Sequence record: ON287370.1
Strand: one strand, 5' to 3'
Length of the DNA: 64,000 nt
In this document: positions 55,795-64,000 of the stretch, one piece after another
Layout: each line of letters opens with the position of its first letter
Numbering within the stretch: position 1 is the first letter of the stretch
Translations under genes and position numbers: made by a program
Notes under the pieces: generated by a model
Database searches by the model: none
Seen by the model: the letters and a program-made list of their open reading frames with translations, nothing else
Told to the model about the DNA's origin: nothing

Positions 55795-56205
55795 TTAAAT
55801 CATTTTACAGAAAGAATGTAACTTCAGTTGAGCTTCAACTAATTCAGAGGCACAAGAAGGATCAAACTGCATCAACTCAATCGGATTAATCGCAGAACTA
55901 AAAGTAAATAGTCTCCTTGCAAGTATGGATGTCTTCCTAGAGTTCAAGAAGAATCTTTCCACCTGATCTGCTGTTTCCTTTCCTCTTCCGATTGGAATGA
56001 CGATATGTTCGACATTCTTAAAACGAGTGTAAAGAACCAACCTCACACTACGGTCTCCAGTTACATTAAGAATTCTGTCTCGATATCTTATTGTCATCAC
56101 CTTACCTTCGATGGTAGAACTCATCTTGGACTTCTGGCTACCCATGATCCAATTACCAATCAGACAGGCAAAGAAGAACAACGTTGCAAAGAGTATGATG
56201 GTCAT
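55795..56205 (-). CDS. Membrane-anchored hypothetical protein
   Basis: N-terminal TM, 136 aa. Confidence 0.65.
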   Translation of the reverse strand: MTIILFATLFFFACLIGNWIMGSQKSKMSSTIEGKVMTIRYRDRILNVTGDRSVRLVLYTRFKNVEHIVIPIGRGKETADQVERFFLNSRKTSILARRLFTFSSAINPIELMQFDPSCASELVEAQLKLHSFCKMI

Positions 56206-56660
56206 CTATTTCTTAAAGCCTTTAATAACAAGTGTCGTTTGAAATCCCGATAAGCTGAAATATCCTCATGTGTGAAATTACATCCTTTCAAGATGCTTTC
56301 ATTCCTAATACACTTGATGACCTTGAGTAACTGGTCGTCAATTCCTGAGAGGTTATTGATATAATCCAAGAACGCTTGACGTGTAAAGCCAAGCGGTAAA
56401 TAGAATACCAGCCCTCTTTGTCCTTTCAACTTAAATACCGGGGTTTGTGCTTTGCAGTTGTAATGGATGTCAATTACATATTCCTTTCCATCCGTACAAA
56501 TTACTACGACATGGAAACTGTTCTTAACAAGTTGGTGCCAACTGAACTTTTGATCGGCAGAGCGATCGTGCAAGAAAGCCCATAAGACGCCAAGGATACA
56601 AATCAACATCACTATTACAACCACAGCGGTCAGCATGTATTCAGCTGAGTTACTGTGCAC
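56202..56660 (-). CDS. Membrane-anchored hypothetical protein
   Basis: N-terminal TM, 152 aa, GTG start. Confidence 0.65.
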   Translation of the reverse strand: MHSNSAEYMLTAVVVIVMLICILGVLWAFLHDRSADQKFSWHQLVKNSFHVVVICTDGKEYVIDIHYNCKAQTPVFKLKGQRGLVFYLPLGFTRQAFLDYINNLSGIDDQLLKVIKCIRNESILKGCNFTHEDISAYRDFKRHLLLKALRNR

Positions 56661-56662
56661 AT

Positions 56663-57367
56663 TTAGCCTCCTATGGCATCATACGTTGTCTCTATCAAAG
56701 ACAGTGTGTATTTATCGTCATAGAGTTTCTTAGAGAAGTCATCCCACTCGTCCTTAAAGAGCGACAATCCAATATCAGGATAACTTTTCCAGTGATAACC
56801 CTCGACCCCAAACTTCTCTAACAGATGTTTATAAACTTCTTCAATCAGAAGTTCCTTATCCATCTTCCCAATTCTGAATTGAACTGCTCGCCGTATATAC
56901 TTATTAAAATCCGGGGCTCCAGAATCAGCAACACTTACGACACTACTAATAAGGTTGGTTGGTTTGTTCGGATTTGAACTGCGATGCTCCAGTACCGCAG
57001 TGGCGATAGTCAATAGTTCTTCATCATTAAACTCTCCTGGCCAGTAACGACCAACGAGTTCATATACAAGCCCATATCCTATCAAATGATGATGCTTACG
57101 TTCATACCGACAACCGATATCGTGAAGTAAACAACCAACGTTTACTAACTGAGCTGAACGTTCATCTAACCCCAGTTCTTCAGATATCCAAATCCCCAGA
57201 TTACAGACATCCCAGACATGACCAAGGTTATGAGCAATATCATTTAGAGAAATTGACCAGACACAGTAACGCAGAAGTTCTTTCTGCATTTTGTAACCGA
57301 ACAACTGTGCCCAGTCTTTATCGGCTTGGACTTTGGCTTCCTCTTCGGTCAAAGCGATGTTATTCAT
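56663..57367 (-). CDS. HD-domain phosphohydrolase
   Basis: H..GHV, LLHDIG, HH, EHR, VAD motif series. Confidence 0.85.
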   Translation of the reverse strand: MNNIALTEEEAKVQADKDWAQLFGYKMQKELLRYCVWSISLNDIAHNLGHVWDVCNLGIWISEELGLDERSAQLVNVGCLLHDIGCRYERKHHHLIGYGLVYELVGRYWPGEFNDEELLTIATAVLEHRSSNPNKPTNLISSVVSVADSGAPDFNKYIRRAVQFRIGKMDKELLIEEVYKHLLEKFGVEGYHWKSYPDIGLSLFKDEWDDFSKKLYDDKYTLSLIETTYDAIGG

Positions 57368-57412
57368 ATTGATCTCTCTATATTTAATTAAAACTATTCG
57401 TATTCATGCTAA

Positions 57413-57434
57413 TAATATCTGTTTGAATAATTTT
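57413..57434 (-). promoter_or_regulatory. Early promoter
   Basis: Minus strand AAAATTATTCAAACAGATATTA. Confidence 0.65.
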
Positions 57435-57512
57435 AAATGCAGGCAAAAAGAAAAGGTCTTTTATGGATTAGGCTAGAGAGCCGAAGCCCTCTAACCTTAT
57501 CACATAATTATT

Positions 57513-58193
57513 TTATTTACCCATCATCTGGCGATTTGTCATACCGACGATGACATCTTCACGTTCGATGGTCAGGTGGGTGCCTTTACAAGAAGCAGTA
57601 GGTGCATCTTTCCAAGCATCGTACAGATCACCTGCTTTCATCATGATGGACCAACCTTTAGTATCCGCCATACCTTCACCATCAGGAGTTTCGATGGTGA
57701 ATGCAATTGGAGTATCTTTATCCAGGATTTTCAGTTTATTCATCGCAGAGATGAAATCACTGTCACCATTAGCAGTAGAGAACAGTGGAGTATTGTTCTC
57801 ATCAAACTCAGTAACTTGTTTGATATTCTTGCGATACTTCATGATGCTCAAAGTAGAAACATCACGGATAGGCTGGTTATCTTCATCCAGGATGGTGTGC
57901 GCAATCCCGGCTGCATTTGCTTCAGGAGCACAGGTAAAGGCAATCACCTGTGGCTGACGAGTTGGAGATTTGATAGAGATACCGAAGGTGTAAACCCCGT
58001 CCATTACTTTGACAGATTTCACCATCAGCTTTTGGGCATAGTCCACACGGTGAAGAACTTCACCACGCATCTCAGCAGCCACCGCTTCATTTTTACTGAG
58101 GTCTTGATCGAACCCATCTTTGGAATCACAAGCCATCAGACCGAAAGCCAGGAACATTACTGCAACAGTTTTAAATACGTTTTTCATTTTCAT
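57513..58193 (-). CDS. Lipoprotein, exported two-Cys family D
   Basis: Lipobox GLMA-C; internal AFTC and ASC. Confidence 0.75.
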   Translation of the reverse strand: MKMKNVFKTVAVMFLAFGLMACDSKDGFDQDLSKNEAVAAEMRGEVLHRVDYAQKLMVKSVKVMDGVYTFGISIKSPTRQPQVIAFTCAPEANAAGIAHTILDEDNQPIRDVSTLSIMKYRKNIKQVTEFDENNTPLFSTANGDSDFISAMNKLKILDKDTPIAFTIETPDGEGMADTKGWSIMMKAGDLYDAWKDAPTASCKGTHLTIEREDVIVGMTNRQMMGK

Positions 58194-58215
58194 TTCTCTC
58201 TAAAGTTTAGTTGGG

Positions 58216-58725
58216 TTATTTCTTAATACATTCCGAGCGCGCTGTGTGTTCAGCGGCTAAGATCATATCAGGACCTTCGATATATTTGATCTTGGATTTT
58301 GTAGTTGGTGGTTTTTCACCCAGGTAATACTGGATGGCTGAATCAGGATTATTCAGCAGCGGGGAGAACTGCAAAACAGTCAACATAAAAACATCACCCG
58401 CTGGGAATTCTTCATTAACACGAGGAACAGTTTTCCATTCAACATCGGCAATATATTTGCCGGCATAAGGATTGACGTTGTACCAAAGCTTAGCTTCTGG
58501 AACTACTTTACCTTCCGTGTCAACGATCTGTATTTTGTAACCATCACGGCGACCTTCACGGATACAGACAAACTCGGCAGTTAAACCTTTGTCACTTTGA
58601 GACATAGTGAAGACTGGTGGAGCTACATAAGGTTCAGCAGGTGCGGAACCGGTCTGCGTTAGTTTGAAAATAATGACAGCTACGAAAACCAGTAATGCGA
58701 CAGCAACTTTATTTACTTTGGTCAT
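58216..58725 (-). CDS. Membrane-anchored periplasmic protein, family D
   Basis: N-terminal TM; EFVC and SEC. Confidence 0.7.
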   Translation of the reverse strand: MTKVNKVAVALLVFVAVIIFKLTQTGSAPAEPYVAPPVFTMSQSDKGLTAEFVCIREGRRDGYKIQIVDTEGKVVPEAKLWYNVNPYAGKYIADVEWKTVPRVNEEFPAGDVFMLTVLQFSPLLNNPDSAIQYYLGEKPPTTKSKIKYIEGPDMILAAEHTARSECIKK

Positions 58726-58740
58726 GTCAATACCTATAGA

Positions 58741-59382
58741 TTAAAATGAATCACCGTAACGGACTAATGGTTGAACTGTGGTGAATCCACCTTCCAGATT
58801 ACAACCTTCAGAGTTAGGAATCGCATCCACTGCTTTCAGCATGTCTTTGGCGAGGCTGAATTTAATTGGATTTGATTGTGCAATGGTAGAGCGGGAACCA
58901 TCGGCCATGGTCTGGTAGAACTCAAATACCATATAACCGTTGATTCCTGAGTTGGCGATCTTGCTCAACTTTTCACGGAAGTTACTGCCGATGATTTCAG
59001 AGTTATAAATGAAACCACGCCCGCCTTCAACATAGTGAGTATCAGTACCTTCATACAAAGTGATACCCCAAGCATCAGCACCTTTAGCTTTACCACCCAG
59101 TGTATCTTTCATGAAGTAATAGACGCTCATGGTCTGTTGGTTGGCATCGCACTGCAGAATGAAACGCTCTTTGTTTTTACCAACCTGGGTATAAACATTC
59201 AGATCGGTCACGCCATCCATAACCTTCTCAGCCTTAACTGAGACTACCGCGTTTTTAGGTAGTGCTGGCAATACGATATCTTCTTTGATATCATAAGAAG
59301 CACCACGTGCGCTGCAGGAATACAGACCACCGGCAATCAGGACAATAATAAACATCATAAACAAAGATTGAGACTTTTTCAT
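58741..59382 (-). CDS. Exported protein, family D
   Basis: Signal/lipoprotein-like N-terminus from MKKSQ; ILQC and EGC. Confidence 0.7.
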   Translation of the reverse strand: MKKSQSLFMMFIIVLIAGGLYSCSARGASYDIKEDIVLPALPKNAVVSVKAEKVMDGVTDLNVYTQVGKNKERFILQCDANQQTMSVYYFMKDTLGGKAKGADAWGITLYEGTDTHYVEGGRGFIYNSEIIGSNFREKLSKIANSGINGYMVFEFYQTMADGSRSTIAQSNPIKFSLAKDMLKAVDAIPNSEGCNLEGGFTTVQPLVRYGDSF

Positions 59383-59478
59383 TTTGGTATCCATAATTAA
59401 ATTTAGGGTCTCTGGAAAACCCAAAGACCGCAAGGTTTAAAATCAATTAGATTATATATTTCTCAAATCCCATTCAAC

Positions 59479-60003
59479 TTAAAAGATAGGATCTTTATCA
59501 GCTGGATTGAATGGGCAGCTAGAACCGATTTTATTCATCAGTGTTGTAATATCGTTACCAGTTAAGAAGAACTCTTCACCTTCCTGCTCTAATGCAGGTG
59601 GAACTGGAGCTACATCCTCAATGGCTTTATCCCAAATAGCTTTAGTGCCAACAGGGAAACGAATCACGGCAATAGCACCTTTGTTGAACATCAGTTCTTT
59701 AAATACCTGAGCTTGAGTGGTGGTTCCCAGCCCAACAGAGATTTTGCCTTCAGCAACACTTCCATTAATGTCGCCAAATTTACGGATGACAAAGAAGTCG
59801 TAAACTTTACCTTCGAACATGTACTGTAATGCCAACTTCTTAGTGCTGGTGTCACAGGACAGTTTCAGTACTCCACCCTGATCACCAGAGTTGATAATCG
59901 AGGTAAGTTTGTTACCATTGGTGGAATCGATCTCCCAACCAGCAGCAAACACAGAGGAAGCAAACAGGGATACAGCAACCAGAATAATGTTGATCAGTTT
60001 CAT
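59479..60003 (-). CDS. Periplasmic protein, family D
   Basis: Sec signal ending VFA; KLSC and SSC. Confidence 0.75.
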   Translation of the reverse strand: MKLINIILVAVSLFASSVFAAGWEIDSTNGNKLTSIINSGDQGGVLKLSCDTSTKKLALQYMFEGKVYDFFVIRKFGDINGSVAEGKISVGLGTTTQAQVFKELMFNKGAIAVIRFPVGTKAIWDKAIEDVAPVPPALEQEGEEFFLTGNDITTLMNKIGSSCPFNPADKDPIF

Positions 60004-60046
60004 ATCTAAACTCCTAATTAAATTGTTGTAGGTCTATACACTTAGA

Positions 60047-60072
60047 TAATATAGACCTGATTTCAAATACAA
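60047..60072 (-). promoter_or_regulatory. Early promoter
   Basis: Minus strand TTGTATTTGAAATCAGGTCTATATTA, near copy of the 8040 promoter. Confidence 0.7.
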
Positions 60073-60077
60073 CTAAA

Positions 60078-60680
60078 TCACAACCGACCTTTATAAGTAT
60101 CCATAGAAGTCTTCGCGTCAGTTATCGCACTGGTTAAGAACTTAGTGAGTTTAATTAACAACTCTAAGAAGTCCTTTTCTTTTTCGACATAGAGTCTGGC
60201 TTTATCATCGCAAGAACCTATTTCAAAGAAGAAACCATGACTAGTGGAATAACTTATAGCGACAGTGCTCGTATAGATCGCTGTAGGGCCTTCTCCTGGG
60301 TTTAAAAACTCTTTGATGATGAATGCCTTGTCTTTATCATGAAACGGCCTATATTCGTTCATGAAGCGTTGTATGATGTCTCTAAGATATTCCAGTTTTC
60401 TGGTATAGTCTTTTAAAGCATCACTAGCACCAATAAAGTCAGGGGCATGTATCCGTATGATCTCAGATCCAATGGAGAACGTGAGTTCAAAAGTAGCTTG
60501 TATAACCTCTACCGGATAATAGTCATCAGCCCAAGTTCTTTTGTTAGGATCTTTATCCTCAGATTCAGGTTTAAGTTCCCAAGTTGTCATGTTACTAAGT
60601 TCATGACGATAACTAACTGTATTCAACTTAGGAGAACGTTGAAGCCAGTCTCGCTTATAACTACGTTTCAGCCATGCCAT
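60078..60680 (-). CDS. Hypothetical protein
   Basis: 200 aa. Confidence 0.7.
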   Translation of the reverse strand: MAWLKRSYKRDWLQRSPKLNTVSYRHELSNMTTWELKPESEDKDPNKRTWADDYYPVEVIQATFELTFSIGSEIIRIHAPDFIGASDALKDYTRKLEYLRDIIQRFMNEYRPFHDKDKAFIIKEFLNPGEGPTAIYTSTVAISYSTSHGFFFEIGSCDDKARLYVEKEKDFLELLIKLTKFLTSAITDAKTSMDTYKGRL

Positions 60681-61225
60681 TAAATATCTCCGGCATCATC
60701 TCCGTTCAATAACTTATCTGCATCTTCAGCTATTTCGTGAGCTTGTTTTGGAATTCTATTTCCTTTAGAATCAGTTTTATAGGTCTCGTACACACTGTTA
60801 CCTATTTTGATCATCTTCTTCATTTCAACTTCTTTTTCTGGACATTCGCTAAATGCCCAATCACTGAAGATATCAATATCGGTGAATTTAAGCCTAACAG
60901 TGAAACCACTTCTGGACCGTATATCAATCCAACCGTTATTAAAGTCAATGTTACCAAACTGAATGACCTTATAACTCAGAACACTGAGCTTACGGGAATA
61001 AATCGCCCTGGCTAGTCTTCTGAATTCCTTATCGATAGATTCATATACTTGAAGCTTTAAGCGCCTTGCAGGATGAGAATTAGCAATCCGATTACGAAGG
61101 TAGTTCCAAGTTGTATGAAGATCAGAAATACGTTGCTGCTTTAATTTATCGTTCATTACCACCACCGTGTGTAGAAATTGACATCTTGGCATTCTTCCAG
61201 AGTGGTGGGTTTGGTAGCTTTCCAC
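60680..61225 (-). CDS. Hypothetical protein, paralogue family E
   Basis: Up to 181 aa; start uncertain. Confidence 0.65.
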   Translation of the reverse strand: MESYQTHHSGRMPRCQFLHTVVVMNDKLKQQRISDLHTTWNYLRNRIANSHPARRLKLQVYESIDKEFRRLARAIYSRKLSVLSYKVIQFGNIDFNNGWIDIRSRSGFTVRLKFTDIDIFSDWAFSECPEKEVEMKKMIKIGNSVYETYKTDSKGNRIPKQAHEIAEDADKLLNGDDAGDI

Positions 61226-61566
61226 TTAGTGGCCCAAACATGAAACTTACTCCAGGAATCCTGAGTGATTGTAATGCTTAAAGCACCACGTGTAATCGTC
61301 ACGGTCATATTCCGTGGATTATCGATTTCAGACCAAGTGATCTCGAAGTAAGGATACGGCCGGTACTCTTGTTGATCAAAAGCACTGAAACGATTAGATA
61401 AGGTATAACCCTTCTCGATAGAGTTGGCGATACGTGTCAATACCTTATCAATATCACGCCAAACTAATTCAGGCTTGCGTTTGGATTTAATCGAGTTAAA
61501 AGTGTTGACACGAAACTTAGAGAACTCGATGTACAGGTCGAATGGGCTGTCGCCAATTGTCACCAT
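61156..61566 (-). CDS. Hypothetical protein, paralogue family E
   Basis: 136 aa. Confidence 0.65.
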   Translation of the reverse strand: MVTIGDSPFDLYIEFSKFRVNTFNSIKSKRKPELVWRDIDKVLTRIANSIEKGYTLSNRFSAFDQQEYRPYPYFEITWSEIDNPRNMTVTITRGALSITITQDSWSKFHVWATKWKATKPTTLEECQDVNFYTRWW

Positions 61567-61918
61567 AATAATTTCTCCATTCAGCTAAAGTTGAAGGTTT
61601 GTAACTGGTCTTATACCAATTATTAATGAGGTGTTTGTTTTTAGAAGTGATTAACAATTCATCACCTCCGCTCTTACCGCTTAATATGAATGCGATACCT
61701 TCCGCATTGTTAGTGATAACTTTCACTTTAAGGTATTCGAATGACACGGGAATGCAGTTAGGGTTTCTATTTAAGAACATCCCCATCTTCCTCAGTTCAC
61801 CCTTTACCTTTTTAAAGTGTACAGCTTTAGGATATTTATCCCTGACTGAATCAGCAATGTTTATTGCCATTAAAGACAGTCTGGAATTAAACTCCATCGG
61901 TGCCATAATCTCAGACAT
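61517..61918 (-). CDS. Hypothetical protein, paralogue family E
   Basis: 133 aa. Confidence 0.65.
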   Translation of the reverse strand: MSEIMAPMEFNSRLSLMAINIADSVRDKYPKAVHFKKVKGELRKMGMFLNRNPNCIPVSFEYLKVKVITNNAEGIAFILSGKSGGDELLITSKNKHLINNWYKTSYKPSTLAEWRNYYGDNWRQPIRPVHRVL

Positions 61919-61982
61919 AAAAATTAAACCTCTATTGATGAACCTCTCCTGGGCTAAAACCCAGGAGAGGAACTAGGGCTTA

Positions 61983-62423
61983 TTAATCTTTAAACAGATT
62001 AGTGGCCAGCTCAACATTGCGATCGCGGAAGGAGGAATACCAATCAACCATTTCCTGAGAATGTGGATGATCGATGAAGGTCTGGGTTGTACCATACAGA
62101 GTTTCTTCACCAACTACTTCACGCAGTCGAACATCAGAGTTGAAGGTCAAGCCTTCGAACATTTCCAGACGACCATCCCAAGCTTCTTGCTTGGTTTCTG
62201 GGAATTGATCTTGAGCGATCTGGAAAGTCGCCGCTTCAACAGCCAGACCAGTTTGGTTGATGAAATCAACGTGAGTCTTCAGACTCTCATTAGTTACGCC
62301 TTCTGGCATCGCTGGAGCACCGAACTTGATATGGTGAGTTTCTTTATGAATCTCTGCACCTTTTACCAGTTCTGCTACCTGAGCGTCAATTACTTTACCG
62401 AAAGGTTTGTTAGTCTTAGCCAT
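61983..62423 (-). CDS. Hypothetical protein, highly expressed
   Basis: 146 aa, strong codon bias, terminator at 61944-61971. Confidence 0.75.
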   Translation of the reverse strand: MAKTNKPFGKVIDAQVAELVKGAEIHKETHHIKFGAPAMPEGVTNESLKTHVDFINQTGLAVEAATFQIAQDQFPETKQEAWDGRLEMFEGLTFNSDVRLREVVGEETLYGTTQTFIDHPHSQEMVDWYSSFRDRNVELATNLFKD

Positions 62424-62460
62424 GATACTTATTTCCTATTTACTTTGGTGAGTGGTTTGT

Positions 62461-62919
62461 TTATTCAGTTACTAACAGAGTGGAGCCTTCAGTTCCAGGC
62501 AAGCCACGAGTTTTATCAATGTTCACGTTTCCAGGAAATACAGTGAACACTAAAGAGTGAGTCAAATGGTCGGCCATATTCCCGTTACCATTGGCATCAA
62601 ACTTAACGATAGAAATATCTGATCCAGGAGAAAGTTTGAAGATCTGTTTAACTAAGTGAAGTGTGCGTTCAGAAATCTCTTCCTTAAACTTTGGACCTTG
62701 GGAAACCTGGATTAGGATTGTCTTGCAATCAGCCAGCTCAATGATCTTAGAGAACTTGGTAGTCTTCAAGCTAGTCGGTGTTGTTTTTGGTTGGATGTTA
62801 CGAATGCTCTCGATAAATGCCAACTGTTCTTCTTCACTGACTGTCATACCAGTTTCTGGATCAACGAGTAAGAAACCAAAACGTTTAAGAGAACGTTCAC
62901 TCAGTTCAACTTGATTCAT
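62461..62919 (-). CDS. Hypothetical protein
   Basis: 152 aa, AGGAG RBS. Confidence 0.7.
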   Translation of the reverse strand: MNQVELSERSLKRFGFLLVDPETGMTVSEEEQLAFIESIRNIQPKTTPTSLKTTKFSKIIELADCKTILIQVSQGPKFKEEISERTLHLVKQIFKLSPGSDISIVKFDANGNGNMADHLTHSLVFTVFPGNVNIDKTRGLPGTEGSTLLVTE

Positions 62920-62987
62920 TCTAAACTCCTAAAAAGTATAAGAGAGAAGTACGTGTTCGTCTTCCCAGCATTTCTGCTTCACGGTAA

Positions 62988-63009
62988 TAATATATACCTG
63001 AAGCATTTT
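62988..63009 (-). promoter_or_regulatory. Early promoter
   Basis: Minus strand AAAATGCTTCAGGTATATATTA. Confidence 0.6.
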
Positions 63010-63024
63010 GGCTTCACTAAAATT

Positions 63025-63273
63025 TTATTTCTTTTTAGTGTCCTTTTTATATTCATCAAAACAACCCAACAGTTGTGCTGTTCTCAGATTGATTTCCAAA
63101 TACTGACAACCGGTCTTAGTGTCAGTGATGATGGAATCCATACGACCAGTCATGACGCTAACGACAAAGCGATCTGGATCAACATACTCAGAATTACTTT
63201 TAGCACGTTCAGTAGTTGCCGCACCTACACCAAAGCTAACAACAGCCAATAAAGCAATCAGTACCTTTTTCAT
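63025..63273 (-). CDS. Small secreted protein, DUF6440-like
   Basis: Signal peptide; IITDTKTGCQYL motif. Confidence 0.6.
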   Translation of the reverse strand: MKKVLIALLAVVSFGVGAATTERAKSNSEYVDPDRFVVSVMTGRMDSIITDTKTGCQYLEINLRTAQLLGCFDEYKKDTKKK

Positions 63274-63848
63274 TTCTCTTCCTTGGTTTCAGAAGGTTTG
63301 AATTCCATTTGGTCTTTCAACTGAGATTCAGTCAGACCATGATGCCACTGTGCACGATATCCGGTAGGGAGATCACGACTACGAGCCAGGACGATAGATT
63401 CATCCAGATAGATAATCAGCGCCAGATCAGATAAGAATGACAAACGAGAGATCGCTTGTTTATCTTGACCTTCGCGAGGAACGATCTTTAAATTACTTTC
63501 AAAGATCTTACTCGGATCCTTTTCTTCACGAATGGCATGACTATAATCAAACACCGCTTCACTATCAACGGTTTCATGATAATGCTTGATGAACTTTTCA
63601 GCACGAAGGCGCGCAGCGGCCTTAGCTTCATCAGTCAGTACCGAATGGTTATAGTTAGCCATCATGATGAAGATAGTCTTAGGTTTAGCGATCTTACACA
63701 GATCTTCGATATAGACGACCTTTTCAGATTCTAACAATTCTTTCATCTTGAGTTTATCCTCTTTACTTAACCCATGATTAGTCTTAGCAATGTTCTTAAC
63801 GAGATTCGTAAGTGCTACTGACATTAAAGTTCCTAAAAGAGCTTTCAC
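63270..63848 (-). CDS. Hypothetical protein
   Basis: 192 aa, GTG start. Confidence 0.65.
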   Translation of the reverse strand: MKALLGTLMSVALTNLVKNIAKTNHGLSKEDKLKMKELLESEKVVYIEDLCKIAKPKTIFIMMANYNHSVLTDEAKAAARLRAEKFIKHYHETVDSEAVFDYSHAIREEKDPSKIFESNLKIVPREGQDKQAISRLSFLSDLALIIYLDESIVLARSRDLPTGYRAQWHHGLTESQLKDQMEFKPSETKEEK

Positions 63849-64000
63849 TCTCAGTTGAAGTTTTGGACGGTGGTTGTTGATTTAACCATTGCTTTCTAAC
63901 ATTAAACCGATGAAGTTTAGCAGCTTTCTTCTTTGCTTCGTCTTCTTTGGTTTGCTGTGCAATAACGGCAGCACGTGAAGCGTTACTAGCAGCTATAGCT
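63796..64000 (-). CDS. 3' end of a gene entering from beyond the window
   Basis: Open frame AIAASNASRAAVIAQQTKEDEAKKK...YESR*. Confidence 0.5.
   Translation of the reverse strand, partial: AIAASNASRAAVIAQQTKEDEAKKKAAKLHRFNVRKQWLNQQPPSKTSTESESSFRNFNVSSTYESR

Noticed and set aside
1-64000. CRISPR array, integrase, homing endonuclease, intein, stop-codon recoding
   Set aside because: No repeat-spacer array or such motifs seen; genes read intact in the standard code

Overview
64 kb segment of a nucleus-forming (phiKZ-like, Chimalliviridae-type) jumbo phage genome; host not identifiable, probably a gammaproteobacterium. 1-21 kb (mostly minus strand) is the conserved core block: PhuZ tubulin, family B DNA polymerase, chimallin, non-virion RNA polymerase beta'-N (DFDGD), SbcD/Mre11-like nuclease, and ChmC-like, gp68-like and PicA/Imp1-like genes assigned mainly by synteny. 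A tandem Tad1-like + Acb1-like anti-defence pair sits inside this block. 21-37.6 kb holds about 30 small early accessory genes, including several paralogue families. 37.6-41.5 kb is a strand-switch region packed with non-coding structure: a hairpin array, a Tad2-like gene, 4 tRNAs, tRNA-like elements, glutaredoxin, a ~380-nt pseudoknotted RNA and a complete type I hammerhead ribozyme (predicted cleavage after C41202). 41.6-55.7 kb has virion/packaging genes (dTMP kinase, terminase, tail sheath and tube). 55.8-64 kb has accessory genes, including an HD protein and four exported two-cysteine proteins. Best candidate for an undescribed system: the hammerhead-processed large ncRNA locus downstream of the tRNA cluster. 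All homology calls come from motif recognition and remembered gene order; no searches were run.
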